Origin: an uncultured Elusimicrobia bacterium
GTDB taxonomy: Bacteria > Elusimicrobiota > Elusimicrobia > 2-01-FULL-59-12
Direction: 5' to 3'
Length of the DNA: 64,000 nucleotides
NCBI GenBank assembly: GCA_963702895.1
Contig: OY969767.1
Coordinates: forward strand, 2,240,001-2,304,000
How positions within the stretch are numbered: position 1 is the first letter of the stretch; the number at the start of each line of letters is the position of its first letter. The notes below the pieces were generated by a model, which had not been told where the DNA came from, made no database searches, and worked only from the letters and a program-made list of their open reading frames with translations. Positions 49,611-60,219 of this stretch are shown here, in pieces. The translations under genes and the position numbers were made by a program.

Positions 49611-49987
49611 GGGTTTTTCCTGCCTAAGATTTGGGTCACGACTTTGATCACGTCCTTCGCTTGAAAGGGCTTGATCAGATAATCCTGCGCGCCGAGGGCC
49701 AGGGCCTTCCCCCAGGCGGCCTCCTCCCCGTAGACGCTCATCATGAGCGAAGGCAGCGAGAGATGGTTTTCTTTGAGCTTTTCCAAGAGCTCAAGCCCCC
49801 CGAGGCGCGGCATCACCCTGTCGGTAATGAGCAGGTCAGGTTTTCGTTTTTGGATCACGTCCAGCGCCGCGAGCCCGTCAGCGGCTTCCCACACCTCAAA
49901 ACCGGCCTCGGTCAGGATGTCCCGGAGGAAGGTGCGGCTGTTGAGTTCGTCTTCCGCGATGAGAACCGTCTTTTTTAATTCTGCCAC
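49607..49987 (-). CDS. Single-domain response regulator receiver
   Basis: LIAEDE, LITDRVMP and YLIKPF; GTG start at 49987. Confidence 0.9.
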   Translation of the reverse strand: MAELKKTVLIAEDELNSRTFLRDILTEAGFEVWEAADGLAALDVIQKRKPDLLITDRVMPRLGGLELLEKLKENHLSLPSLMMSVYGEEAAWGKALALGAQDYLIKPFQAKDVIKVVTQILGRKNP

Positions 49988-52479
49988 TGCTTCACTTTCA
50001 GAGCGTATTCCTTTAAGAGCGAGCGGGCCTGCGCGTTGTCTGCGGACTCCGCCCAAACATGAAAGGTCGCCTCATCGGGGTCCGGCAGGAGCAACACCCA
50101 GCCGCCCTCGACAAATATTTTGACGCCATCCACCAATTCGTGCGAGCACTTTTCCACGGCCTCAATGGCTTTCCTCATCACGAGCCCCTTTTTGTCCCAG
50201 GGACAAGGGACTTTTTGGTGCAGCGTTTCAAAGGCCGGTATTTCTTTTTCCAGAGCGCTCAAGCTCACCTCGTGGCGCGCGAGCAGCTCGGCAATTTTAG
50301 CAATCGCAAACATCGCGTCAAAGCAAGGCTGAAATTCCGGGAAGATGAAGCCGCCAATACCATCGCCGACCAAATCCATGCCTTTCTCGCGGCTCGCGTC
50401 CATAATATAGCGAGGCGCTGTCCGCAGACGCTGCACGCTGGCGTGGCTGGGTTCCGCCAGGCGCTCCAGGACGCTGGAGAGATTCACCGGAACACCCAGG
50501 CGCACTCCTTTGCGGGTCATCATCATGAGCTTGGCGGCCATAAAAAGCGCCAACTCATTGGGGATGCGTTTGCCTTTATCATCAACGAGAAAGATCTTTT
50601 CGGCCCCCGTATCGACCAGGAAACCGGCGTCCGCCTGGAGCGTGAGGACAATCGTGGAGAGACGGTCGAGGGACGATTGAAATTCTTCCGTCGTTTTGGT
50701 CACCCGTTGGGCACTGAGGTAAGCGTTTAAACTGATGACCTCAATGCCCAGGCGGCCCAAAATGTCCGGCAGGATCATGGAGGCCGATGAGAAGGCGTAG
50801 TCGATCGCGATTTTAAGCTTGGTTTTTTGAAAAATGGTGGCGTCGATCGCCTTCAAAAATCCGGAGCGGTAGTATTGCTGGGCCTGGGGCGGCGTGATGA
50901 TCTCCCCGACCCGGTCAGGCGTGGCCCTCTGGAAATCTTCGCGCAGGAAAAGCTGCTCGATCGAGCGTTCCTGGCCGCTGGAAAGGTCCACGCCCGTCCG
51001 GTCCAGCAGCTTGATGTCCACCAAATGGGGGTCGAAGGGAGATTGCCGAACGTGGATGCCGCCGACTTCCCCCTCCTGTCCCATTTCATAACGCACCACC
51101 GGTATAGGCGAGGTGCGCAAATCCCCCACTTTGACCCCCGTGGACAATAAGCCTGAAATGATCGCCCGTTTGATCATGCGGCTGGCCATATGCGCGTCGC
51201 GGGAGGTGATGACGTAAGCGCCCTGTCCCAAATAGGCGCCATAGGCGGCGCCAATCCGGGTGGCGAGCTCCGGCGTGATCTCGCGGTTGCAGAGCCCCGT
51301 AATGCCGTAGGCCCCAAAGAGACGCCTCGACCACACGTCCCCCCAGACGAGGCTCGTGGAAAGAACGGCCCCGTCTTCAATGCGCTTGTTGGGCCAGACT
51401 TTGACGTTGGCATGGACCGACGACGCGTGGCCAATCTCACAGTCATCGCCCACAATGGCCCCTTCGCCGAGATGCGATTTTTCCGCCAGTCGCGTATGCG
51501 AGCCGACCACCGCCTCTTGGAGCGTCGCGTCCTGCCCCACCTCGACATTGTCCCAAAGGACGCAGCCGGTCAGGTCCGCGCCAGCCCGGATTTTCACCCC
51601 AGGTCCCAGAACGCAGTTCGTGAGTTTCACGCGCTCTTCGATCCGGCAGCCGTCGCCCAGGAGGTTCACGCCTTCGAGCAACGCCTTCGGGCTAATGGAA
51701 CAGCCCGTCCCGATATGCGTGCTGTTGCCTCGCTTGCCTGACTTGACTTTACGTCCGGGGAACGGGATTTTGACCAGTTGCTCGAGAATTTCCACATGGG
51801 CGAGGCGATACTCCATGAGGTCTCCCACGTCTTTCCAATAGCCTTCGGCGATATGGCCGTAAAGGGCCGCCTTCGTTTCGAGAAGCAGCGGAAAAAGGTT
51901 CTTGGAGAAATCAAAGTTTCGGTCGGAGGGGATATCGCGCAGCACGGAGGGCTCCAAGAGATAAATGCCGGTGTTGATCGTGTCGGAGAAGACTTCGCCC
52001 CAGGAAGGCTTCTCGAGGAAGCGCTGGATTCGGCCCTGCTCATTGACGATCACCACCCCATAGGCCAGGGGGTTCGACGAACGGGTCAAGACGAGGGTGG
52101 CCGCCGCTTGGTTCTTGCGGTGGCACGCGAGCGCCGCCTTGAGGTCAAAATCGGTCAACAGATCACCGGAGATGACGAGAAACGTATCGGTCAGATACTT
52201 CTCCGCGAATTTCACGCAACCCGCCGTGCCCAGGTCAGACTGAGGGCGGAGATATTCGATTTTGACGCCAAAGGCGGCCCCATCCCCAAAGTGCCGAATG
52301 ATCACTTCCGGCTGGTAATAGAGCATGACCAAGAGTTCATTAAAACCGTTGTCCTTGAGGAGGTGCACAATGTGCTCCATCATGGGCTTGTTCGCCATGG
52401 GGACCATCGGCTTGGGGATATTGACGGTGAGCGGCCGCAGCCGCGTACCGAAACCACCCGCCATGATGATTGCGCGCAT
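49975..52479 (-). CDS. Mannose-1-phosphate guanylyltransferase / phosphomannomutase fusion
   Basis: AGGFGTRLRPLT, hexapeptide repeats and a C-terminal mutase-like domain. Confidence 0.93.
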   Translation of the reverse strand: MRAIIMAGGFGTRLRPLTVNIPKPMVPMANKPMMEHIVHLLKDNGFNELLVMLYYQPEVIIRHFGDGAAFGVKIEYLRPQSDLGTAGCVKFAEKYLTDTFLVISGDLLTDFDLKAALACHRKNQAAATLVLTRSSNPLAYGVVIVNEQGRIQRFLEKPSWGEVFSDTINTGIYLLEPSVLRDIPSDRNFDFSKNLFPLLLETKAALYGHIAEGYWKDVGDLMEYRLAHVEILEQLVKIPFPGRKVKSGKRGNSTHIGTGCSISPKALLEGVNLLGDGCRIEERVKLTNCVLGPGVKIRAGADLTGCVLWDNVEVGQDATLQEAVVGSHTRLAEKSHLGEGAIVGDDCEIGHASSVHANVKVWPNKRIEDGAVLSTSLVWGDVWSRRLFGAYGITGLCNREITPELATRIGAAYGAYLGQGAYVITSRDAHMASRMIKRAIISGLLSTGVKVGDLRTSPIPVVRYEMGQEGEVGGIHVRQSPFDPHLVDIKLLDRTGVDLSSGQERSIEQLFLREDFQRATPDRVGEIITPPQAQQYYRSGFLKAIDATIFQKTKLKIAIDYAFSSASMILPDILGRLGIEVISLNAYLSAQRVTKTTEEFQSSLDRLSTIVLTLQADAGFLVDTGAEKIFLVDDKGKRIPNELALFMAAKLMMMTRKGVRLGVPVNLSSVLERLAEPSHASVQRLRTAPRYIMDASREKGMDLVGDGIGGFIFPEFQPCFDAMFAIAKIAELLARHEVSLSALEKEIPAFETLHQKVPCPWDKKGLVMRKAIEAVEKCSHELVDGVKIFVEGGWVLLLPDPDEATFHVWAESADNAQARSLLKEYALKVKQWQN

Positions 52480-52588
52480 ATCGTTTGTCCTTTAGGAGAA
52501 GTTGTTGTTTGAGATGCGCCGGACGTGGCGCCAGTTTTCGACGAAGATCAGAATACAAAATTGAGGTCCGCTACGACAATTCATACAC

Positions 52589-52735
52589 CAGAATAGCCAG
52601 AACATCAGAATATCCAGGACAGCGGAATATGCACCAGAACGGCAGAAAACGCTCCATGACGGCGGTTCACAGCCGAAGAGATCCGCTGTCTGGCGATTCT
52701 GTCGTCCAGATTATTCTGCTGTTCTGGCTCTTCTG
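52589..52735. repeat. Inverted pair of 9-mer (CAGAAYAGC-like) arrays in the divergent promoter region
   Basis: cagaatagccagaacatcagaat... pairs with ...attctgctgttctggctcttctg. Confidence 0.7.
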
Positions 52736-52756
52736 ACGTTCGACGTTTGTGAATTT

Positions 52757-54940
52757 GTGAAGAACGTCCCCAAGCCGGAGCAGTATAATGCGCCCATGCT
52801 GCTGCCTGCGCTGGAACGTTTAGGGACGGTCAAAAAGCGCTATGCCCTCGGAGCGCTTCTGCTTATGGCGTGGCTGCTCGGGATGGCCGTCCTGCATATT
52901 CTGCTTGCGGACCTTCCGGACATTGACGCCCTCCAGCACTACACACCGCCGCTCGTGACGAAGATTTACGACCGCCACAACCAGATCATCAGCGAGCTCT
53001 ATACCGAACGCCGCACCATCCTTCCCTTGAACGAAATTCCCGTGAATATTCAAAATGCTTTTCTGGCCACCGAAGACCAGAATTTCTTTGCCCATTGGGG
53101 GATTGATGTCAAAGGGATCAGCCGCGCGGCCATCGCGAACCTCCGGCACGGGCGCGTCGTCGAGGGCGGCTCGACCATCACGCAGCAACTTTCGAAAGTC
53201 CTCTTCTTCTCCCAGAAAAAGACGCTCACCCGAAAAATCAGAGAGCTCCTCTTGGCTTTGCAGCTGGAGCGCCAATACTCCAAGGAAGAGATTTTCCAGA
53301 TGTACCTGAACCAGATTTATTTTGGCCACGGCGCCTACGGGGTGGAAGCGGCCGCCCGAACGTTCTTCGGCAAACACGCCAAAGAGCTGACGCTGGCCGA
53401 ATGTGCCCTGCTGGGAGGGCTCCCCAAGTCCCCCCGGACGTACTCTCCTTTTGTCAATCCGAAGAACGCCCAGCGCCGAAGGGCCTGGGTGCTCTCGCGG
53501 ATGCGTCGCTCAGGCTACGTCACGAACCGGGAAGAAACAGAAGCGAATCTTGTCCCTTTGAGGACCGAGAAAGTACCGCTCGCGCCTCCGGTCGGGGCCT
53601 ACTTTGTGGAATACCTGCGTCAAATCCTCGATCCGAAGTATGGAGACAACGCCCTCTATCGAGGGGGCTTTTCCATCTTCACAACACTGGATCTCAAGAT
53701 GCAGCAGGCGGCCGAAGACGTGATGGGCCGACATCTGGCTGAATTTGATATTGAAAAGCAAAAGGAATTGGACGAAGCCGTCAAAGCGGCGAAAAAATCC
53801 AGGAAACCCCTCGTGGAGACCTCTACGACCGTCGCGAAAGTCCAGGGGGCGCTCGTGGCGCTCGACACGCGTTCCGGAGAGATCCGGGCTCTGGTGGGCG
53901 GCAGGGACTTCAAGGAATCCCAGTTTAACCGCGTCGTGCAGGCCCAAAGGCAGCCCGGGTCGGCCTTTAAACCTTTTGTGTGGAGCGTGGCGATGGATCA
54001 AGAGATGACGCAAGCCACCGTCGTCGACGACGATCTGGTCGGCTTCTTTAACGACGGCTCGGACTGGAAGCTCCTCGATAGCGCCACCGACGCCTATTCG
54101 GTGGCCTTGGCCACGGCACCTTTCCCGCCCGACCAGGCCTGGGTCCCCCAAAATTGGGATCATAAGTACTTCGGACCGGTGACGCTTCGCACCGGCCTCT
54201 CACTTTCCCGAAACCTCGTCTCCATCCGGCTCACAAACCATTTCGGGCCCAAGGCCGTGGTCGACTACGCCAGGAGGTGCGGCATCAAAAGCAAGCTTTC
54301 GGCCGTGCTCTCGATTGGTTTGGGCACGGAGCAAGTCAACCTTCTGGAGCTCACGGGCGCTTTCTCGACGTTTGCCAATGGCGGCATACGGCCTGAGCCG
54401 TACGGCGTACGCCGCATTGAAGACAAAAACGGGAAGGTGCTGGAAGAGAATTCGCCGAGATCAACCGTTGAGCTTTCCGCCCAGACGGCCTATCTGATGG
54501 TGGATCTCATGCGTTCGGTGGTGACCAGCGGCACCGGCCGCCGGGCCCTGGAGCTGGCGCGGCCCGCCGGAGGAAAAACCGGTACGAACCAGGACTTGAG
54601 AGACCTCTGGTTTGTCGGTTTTACGCCGGACATCAGTTGCGGTGTTTGGATGGGCTATGACGATTTCGTTTCGATGGGAAAACACTTTACCGCCGCGACG
54701 AAGGTCCTCCCCTGGTGGACGGAATTCATGAAGAAAGCTCACGCGGGGCTTCCGGTGAGAAACTTTGACGTGCCGCCCGACATCGTCTTTGCCAAGATCG
54801 ATGCCGTGACCGGGATGCTGGCACTTCCCACCTGCCCCAAGGTGGCGCTGGCCGCCTTCAAAAAGGGGACTGACCCCAAGGAACCTTGCCCGGTCGACCA
54901 TATCAGCCAGACCGCGCCCGTCGTGGAAACTGAAGAATGA
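52757..54940 (+). CDS. Class A penicillin-binding protein (PBP1A family); likely start ATG 52796
   Basis: EDQNF and GGSTITQQL; transpeptidase SAFK, SRN and KTG motifs. Confidence 0.95.
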   Translation: MKNVPKPEQYNAPMLLPALERLGTVKKRYALGALLLMAWLLGMAVLHILLADLPDIDALQHYTPPLVTKIYDRHNQIISELYTERRTILPLNEIPVNIQNAFLATEDQNFFAHWGIDVKGISRAAIANLRHGRVVEGGSTITQQLSKVLFFSQKKTLTRKIRELLLALQLERQYSKEEIFQMYLNQIYFGHGAYGVEAAARTFFGKHAKELTLAECALLGGLPKSPRTYSPFVNPKNAQRRRAWVLSRMRRSGYVTNREETEANLVPLRTEKVPLAPPVGAYFVEYLRQILDPKYGDNALYRGGFSIFTTLDLKMQQAAEDVMGRHLAEFDIEKQKELDEAVKAAKKSRKPLVETSTTVAKVQGALVALDTRSGEIRALVGGRDFKESQFNRVVQAQRQPGSAFKPFVWSVAMDQEMTQATVVDDDLVGFFNDGSDWKLLDSATDAYSVALATAPFPPDQAWVPQNWDHKYFGPVTLRTGLSLSRNLVSIRLTNHFGPKAVVDYARRCGIKSKLSAVLSIGLGTEQVNLLELTGAFSTFANGGIRPEPYGVRRIEDKNGKVLEENSPRSTVELSAQTAYLMVDLMRSVVTSGTGRRALELARPAGGKTGTNQDLRDLWFVGFTPDISCGVWMGYDDFVSMGKHFTAATKVLPWWTEFMKKAHAGLPVRNFDVPPDIVFAKIDAVTGMLALPTCPKVALAAFKKGTDPKEPCPVDHISQTAPVVETEE

Positions 54941-54949
54941 CGGGCCCTT

Positions 54950-55119
54950 CGTCATCCCCCACGGTCGTAAGTGGGGGATCCATCAATGAATCCTTATGAT
55001 GGATCCCGGGTCTCCACAAGAACCGGCGACCCTCCGCCACACGACAGGCGGAGAGCGCCGGGTGTGTGGCGCTCGGCCCGCCGGCAGTTTGGAGGGCCGG
55101 CTTTCGCCGGGATGACGGC
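54950..55119. repeat. GTCATCCCC...GGGATGAC composite palindromic element
   Basis: Related to 40478-40564. Confidence 0.65.
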
Positions 55120-55136
55120 ACTCATTTGAACCGTTC

Positions 55137-55180
55137 AAAAGAAAACCCCCCACCACCCGATTTCCAGGGCGGTGGGGGGC
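55137..55180 (-). terminator. Rho-independent terminator of ppdK
   Basis: CCCCCCACC/GGTGGGGGG stem followed by a T-tract on the minus strand. Confidence 0.7.
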
Positions 55181-55196
55181 TCGTTACTTCCGTGAA

Positions 55197-57854
55197 CTAT
55201 TTCGAGGTGTAAGCCGATTTGCCTTTGGACTTGCCTTCGATCACCGCTTGTGCAGCGGCCAACCGGGCGATCGGCACCCGGTAGGGCGAGCAGGAGACGT
55301 AGTTCAAGCCCGTGCGGTGACAGAACTTCACCGAGGCGGGATCGCCCCCATGTTCGCCACAGATGCCGCACTTGAGGTCTTTCTTCACCTTGCGGCCCTT
55401 TTGAACCGACATCTGCATCAGCTGGCCGACGCCGCTTTGGTCCAGCGTCTGGAACGGATCATCCTTAAAGATCTTCTTGTCCAGATAGACCTTGATGAAC
55501 TTGCCCGCGTCATCGCGCGAAAATCCCAGCGCCATTTGCGTGAGGTCGTTGGTCCCGAAGCTGAAGAAGTCCGCTTCCTGGGCGATCTCGTCGGCCGTCA
55601 AGGCCGCGCGCGGGACTTCGATCATCGTCCCCACCATGTACTGGAGCTTCACGCCCGCTTCTTTGATTGTTTCTTCGGCGACGCGAACAATGATCTCTTT
55701 TTGATCGCGGAGTTCGCTGACGTTGCCCACCAGTGGAATCATGATCTCGGGAACGACTTTGATCTTTTCGGCGGCGAGCTCGCAGGCCGCGCTGATGATG
55801 GCCTTGGTCTGCATTTCGGTGATTTCGGGATACGTGATGCCCAAACGGCACCCGCGGTGACCGAGCATCGGGTTGAACTCATGGAGCTCCTGCGCGGCCT
55901 GCATGATCTTGGAAGTCGGCACACCGATTTTCTTGGAAAGGATGTCCGCATCCGCCTGCGTCTTCGGCAGGAACTCGTGCAGCGGCGGATCGATCAAGCG
56001 GATCGTGACGGGGTACCCTTTCATTTCCCGGAAAAGACCTTTGAAGTCCTCCTTTTGGAACGGAAGGAGTTTGGCGAGCGCCACTTTTCGCGCTTCCACG
56101 TCCGTGGCCACGATCATTTCCTGCATGAAGGGCAGGCGATCTTCGGCAAAGAACATGTGCTCCGTCCGGCAAAGCCCAATGCCCTGCGCGCCGAACTCGC
56201 GGGCGACTTTGGCGTCGCGCGGAATATCGGCGTTGGCGCGGACTCTGAGCACGCGAAGGGCGTCCGCCCATCCCATAAAGATGCCGAACTCTCCTGAGAT
56301 GGTGGGTTCGATCAAGGGAGCAGAACCCATGATGACGCGGCCGGTGGAGCCATCGATCGTGATCCATTCGTTTTCTTTGACGGTCGTGCCATTCGCGCTG
56401 AATTGTTTGTTCTGTTCGGAAACGCGGATCTCTTCGCAGCCTGCAACGCAGGATTTGCCCATGCCGCGGGCGACCACGGCCGCATGAGAAGTCATGCCAC
56501 CGCGCGCCGTGAGGATCCCCTGGGCGGCATCCATGCCGTGGATATCGTCGGGGTTGGTTTCCTGGCGGACGAGAATGACTTTCTCGCCTTTGCCGCCGCG
56601 CTCGGCCGCGGTGTCGGCGTCAAAAACCGCCTGGCCGGTGGCCGCGCCGGGAGAAGCCGGCAGACCCTTGGCGATCACCTTGAGCGCCGCTTTGGGATCG
56701 ATGACGGGATGCAGGAGTTGGTCGAGCTGCTCCGGCTCCACGCGCATGAGCGCTTCGTCTTTGGAAATGAGCTTTTCTTTCACCATATCGACAGCGATTT
56801 TGACGGCGGCTGCCGCCGTGCGCTTGCCGGTCCGGGTTTGCAGCATGAAGAGACGGCCCTTTTCGATGGTGAACTCAAAGTCCTGCACGTCCCGGTAGTG
56901 TTTCTCGAGGCGCGTCGTGATCTCACGAAGCTGCTTGTAAACGACTGGCATATCCTCGCCGAGCTTGACAATGGGTTTGGGCGTGCGGATCCCAGCAACC
57001 ACATCTTCCCCTTGAGCGTTGGTGAGATATTCCCCGTAGAACTCTTTTGTGCCGGTGGAGGGATTGCGGGTAAAGCCCACGCCCGTACCTGAGTCATCAC
57101 CCATATTGCCGAAGACCATGGACTGGACATTGACGGCTGTCCCTAAATCTTCAGAGATTTTATTTTGCTTGCGGTAGTAGATCGCGCGGGGGTTGTTCCA
57201 AGACTTGAAGACCGCATTGCGCGCGCCTTCCACCTGCTTCCAGGGGTCCTGGGGGAACGCCTCGCCGCACTTCGCCTGATAAACGTCCTTGAACTTCGCC
57301 ACAATGTCCCGGAGGTCCTTCACATTGAGATCCGTATCCAGCTTGACGCCGCGCTTCTGTTTCTGGGATTCGAGGAGATGCTCAAACTCGCTCTTTTCAA
57401 TACCCCCCACCACGTTGCCGTACATGGCGATAAAACGGCGATAGGCGTCCCACGCGAAGCGCGGGTTGGACGTGAGGCGGGAGAGTCCTTCCACCACCTG
57501 GTCGTTGATGCCAAGGTTCAAGATCGTGTCCATCATGCCGGGCATGGAAAACTTCGCGCCGGAGCGGACGGAGACGAGCAGCGGATTGTCCGCGTTGCCA
57601 AAGCCCTTGTCCATGATCTTCTGGAGCTTTTCCATGGCGGCTTTTTGCTGGGCTTCGAGCTCCTTGGGGAGCCTCTGTTTATTGGCGTAGTAGTAGCGGC
57701 AAACATCCGTCGTGATAGTAAATCCAGCGGGGACGGGGACCCCGGCGTTGGTCATTTCGGCAAGACCCGCTCCTTTGCCGCCTAACAAATCTTTCATCGT
57801 GCCTTTGCCGTCAGCACGGCCTGCGCCAAAGAAATAAACATACTTCGTAGCCAT
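55197..57854 (-). CDS. ppdK: Pyruvate, phosphate dikinase
   Basis: LGGKGAGL, GGMTSHAAVVAR, GTNDLTQ and CGEHGGDP. Confidence 0.98.
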   Translation of the reverse strand: MATKYVYFFGAGRADGKGTMKDLLGGKGAGLAEMTNAGVPVPAGFTITTDVCRYYYANKQRLPKELEAQQKAAMEKLQKIMDKGFGNADNPLLVSVRSGAKFSMPGMMDTILNLGINDQVVEGLSRLTSNPRFAWDAYRRFIAMYGNVVGGIEKSEFEHLLESQKQKRGVKLDTDLNVKDLRDIVAKFKDVYQAKCGEAFPQDPWKQVEGARNAVFKSWNNPRAIYYRKQNKISEDLGTAVNVQSMVFGNMGDDSGTGVGFTRNPSTGTKEFYGEYLTNAQGEDVVAGIRTPKPIVKLGEDMPVVYKQLREITTRLEKHYRDVQDFEFTIEKGRLFMLQTRTGKRTAAAAVKIAVDMVKEKLISKDEALMRVEPEQLDQLLHPVIDPKAALKVIAKGLPASPGAATGQAVFDADTAAERGGKGEKVILVRQETNPDDIHGMDAAQGILTARGGMTSHAAVVARGMGKSCVAGCEEIRVSEQNKQFSANGTTVKENEWITIDGSTGRVIMGSAPLIEPTISGEFGIFMGWADALRVLRVRANADIPRDAKVAREFGAQGIGLCRTEHMFFAEDRLPFMQEMIVATDVEARKVALAKLLPFQKEDFKGLFREMKGYPVTIRLIDPPLHEFLPKTQADADILSKKIGVPTSKIMQAAQELHEFNPMLGHRGCRLGITYPEITEMQTKAIISAACELAAEKIKVVPEIMIPLVGNVSELRDQKEIIVRVAEETIKEAGVKLQYMVGTMIEVPRAALTADEIAQEADFFSFGTNDLTQMALGFSRDDAGKFIKVYLDKKIFKDDPFQTLDQSGVGQLMQMSVQKGRKVKKDLKCGICGEHGGDPASVKFCHRTGLNYVSCSPYRVPIARLAAAQAVIEGKSKGKSAYTSK

Positions 57855-57938
57855 GGATAATCTCCTTTATGTGATTCAGGTTGCTGTTCGATCAGGGCGT
57901 TCGGAATGCCTGAGGCAACGAAGGGGATTTTACAATAT

Positions 57939-58028
57939 CAGGGGACGTTCCATCACAAACGTCACAAACTCCAGAAAGCCAAGAACAAGACGTTGGAGTT
58001 TGTGACGTTTGTGATGGAACGTCCCCTG
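57939..58028. repeat. GGGGACGTTCC palindromic element just after motB
   Basis: Same arms as 5709-5802. Confidence 0.9.
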
Positions 58029-58031
58029 GAT

Positions 58032-58883
58032 TTATTCGTCTTGGACTTGGACGGGCACGGGCAGCGCCTCGTCAATGGCAGGTTCTTCCTCGACCGCCTC
58101 CGCCCCTTGCTCCTCGGGCGCGTCTGCGGTTGAGGGCGCGTCTGCGGTTGAGGGCGCGTCTGCGGTTGAGGGCGCGTCTGCGGGCGCGGTCGCTTCGACG
58201 ACGGTGGAGTTTTGGGCTGCTCGCTCGGGCGAGACGTCTTCTTTGTTGTCCTTGTTGAAGTTGGGCGGCTTGTTCTTCACAAAGAAGACGACACGGCGAT
58301 TTTTGGCGCGATTTTCATCGCTGTCATTGGCGACCAGCGGATGGAATTCCCCATAACCAATAGCCGCCATATGAGCGGGCGGCATGCCGAGGCCGCGAAT
58401 CATGTACTGCACAACGCGCGTCGCCCGCGCGGCGGAGAGCTCCCAGTTGGAAGAGAAATGGGCGTTGTGGATGGGAATATTGTCCGTATGCCCTTCCACC
58501 ACGATATCATGATCTTCTTTGGCAAGCTTCAGAAGAGACGGCGTGATTTTCGACAGGATCTCCTTCATCCGGGGGGAAAGATCCGCGGACCCGCTTCCAA
58601 AAAAAATGTTTTCACCGCTTTCTTGAAGCGTGATTTGCATTCCTTCTTTGGTCACTTTGACCTCGGTCGCCACACCCTCTTGCTGCATGGCGACGGAGAC
58701 ATCCTTTTTGATCTGCTGGATGTCCTTGCTCAGGGCCGCCGAGAGCGCATAGAGAATAATGAAAAAGCACACGAGCTCCGTCATGAGATCGGCGTAATTG
58801 ACGAGCCACGGAGGAGCGGGATGGCCGATCTGCGACACCCTCGGGTCGTGAATCGAAATCATGTTTTTCAGTTTTTTGGCCAT
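58032..58883 (-). CDS. motB: Stator MotB/PomB-family protein with OmpA peptidoglycan-binding domain and 21-bp repeat tail
   Basis: WLVNYADLMT (conserved Asp), EGHTDN, NWELSAARA and NRRV. Confidence 0.93.
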   Translation of the reverse strand: MAKKLKNMISIHDPRVSQIGHPAPPWLVNYADLMTELVCFFIILYALSAALSKDIQQIKKDVSVAMQQEGVATEVKVTKEGMQITLQESGENIFFGSGSADLSPRMKEILSKITPSLLKLAKEDHDIVVEGHTDNIPIHNAHFSSNWELSAARATRVVQYMIRGLGMPPAHMAAIGYGEFHPLVANDSDENRAKNRRVVFFVKNKPPNFNKDNKEDVSPERAAQNSTVVEATAPADAPSTADAPSTADAPSTADAPEEQGAEAVEEEPAIDEALPVPVQVQDE

Positions 58884-58905
58884 GGCGTTTCCTCGGCGCC
58901 TTCCC

Positions 58906-59685
58906 CTAGGCGGCCTTCTGGATCAGGGCGCGTTTCGAGGGTTCCAGATAAGCCTTCAAATTGGCCTCCATGATGGAGGGGCTCACACCGCTTTGCAGAA
59001 GAAGCACTCCCCGAATAATGATTTCCTTGATCAGGAGCTCCTCTTCCGATCGGCGGCGAAGCTTACCGGCCATGGGGAGGAAGAGCATGTAGCCGGAGCC
59101 CAAACCGAAAAAGGCGGCGGCCAGACACAGCGCCATCCGGCGCGGAACTTCTTCGACATTGGAAATCGTGTTGAGCATGAGGATCATCCCCAGAACGGTG
59201 CCGATAATCCCAAAAGCCGGACTATAGGTTCCCAGCGAATTGAAAATCTCTTGCCCCACCTGATGGCGCTCACGAATAAAGCCGAGCTCCGTCTCCATCA
59301 TGTTGCGGATAAATTCCTGGTCTGATCCATCGATCACCAGCTGCACGCCACGCTTAAGAAAGTCATTTTTGAGGAGCTTGACGTCGCCTTCGAGCGCCAA
59401 AAATCCTTCGGTACGGCCCTTCTTGGCAAAGTTCACAAAGGTCGTGACGATTTCGGAGGTGTCCTCGCCGCTGGCGGCCATCACTTTTTTGAGAACCCTA
59501 AAGAGACCGAAGACTTGCCCAATGGGATAATTGACCAGAATCGCACAAAAGGTCCCTCCCATCACAATGAGAAAGGCCTCATAGTTGAGAAATGGCTTAA
59601 AACCCGCGACGCCCTCCCCCAAAAAGACGGAGATAATCACGAGCCCAGCTCCCACCACAATTCCTAACAGTGTCGCGATGTCCAT
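58906..59685 (-). CDS. motA: Stator MotA/PomA-family protein
   Basis: GRTEGFLALE, SPAFGIIGTVLGMI and FLPMAGKL. Confidence 0.95.
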   Translation of the reverse strand: MDIATLLGIVVGAGLVIISVFLGEGVAGFKPFLNYEAFLIVMGGTFCAILVNYPIGQVFGLFRVLKKVMAASGEDTSEIVTTFVNFAKKGRTEGFLALEGDVKLLKNDFLKRGVQLVIDGSDQEFIRNMMETELGFIRERHQVGQEIFNSLGTYSPAFGIIGTVLGMILMLNTISNVEEVPRRMALCLAAAFFGLGSGYMLFLPMAGKLRRRSEEELLIKEIIIRGVLLLQSGVSPSIMEANLKAYLEPSKRALIQKAA

Positions 59686-59812
59686 CTCAACCTCCCGGAA
59701 TCAGGGACGCGTCACGGTCGATGAAGGACGAGACATGCGCTGCCTGTTCCTATCGTCTCACTCACCTTCATGGCCCTCTTGTCCCTTATCTCTTTTCTCT
59801 CATCTCACTCTT

Positions 59813-59983
59813 TTAGGCGGCTTTACGTCTTGGGCTGACGATTCTTTTCCTTATGGTTCTGCCGTGCCTGCTGCGCGTTTCATGGACGACCCTCTGGGGC
59901 TTCGCGTCTTCCATCAAGAATCCAATCACAAGGCAAAGAAATCCCACGAGAATCCCCGTCATGGCAATCAGTGTTAGCGACAT
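59813..59983 (-). CDS. Small (56 aa) single-TM protein with basic tail, below the ORF-track cutoff
   Basis: AAGGAG RBS; MSLTLIAMTGILVGFLCLVIGFLMEDAKPQRVVHETRSRHGRTIRKRIVSPRRKAA; overlaps the flbD end. Confidence 0.6.
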   Translation of the reverse strand: MSLTLIAMTGILVGFLCLVIGFLMEDAKPQRVVHETRSRHGRTIRKRIVSPRRKAA

Positions 59984-60219
59984 GGTGTACTCCTTTCGGA
60001 TTCCCCCCGCAAATACTGGGGAAGGTACGTCGATCCCGCAAAGACCGTCTTCTTGTATTCGATCGCTTTCTGGACCACTTCCGTCACTGGCTCACGAACA
60101 ACAATTTTGTTCCCTGTCGCCATGGCGAGCACCGTTTCGATGCCATGGCTTTCGATGGACTCGATCAGCTCGGCGTTCACCACCGTTTCCTGGCCGTTGA
60201 GTCGGTGGAGTTTAATCAT
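59974..60219 (-). CDS. flbD: FlbD/SwrD-family protein
   Basis: MIKLHRLNGQ..VVNAELIESIE....TVLAMATGNKIVVRE; ATGA overlap with the upstream gene. Confidence 0.9.
   Translation of the reverse strand: MIKLHRLNGQETVVNAELIESIESHGIETVLAMATGNKIVVREPVTEVVQKAIEYKKTVFAGSTYLPQYLRGESERSTPCR

Noticed and set aside
58032..59685. Zorya ZorAB or ExbBD/TolQR interpretation of the stator pair
   Set aside because: MotA lacks the long ZorA tail, no ZorC/D/E is present, MotB has an OmpA domain, and the flbD/FliG context indicates flagellar-type stators.
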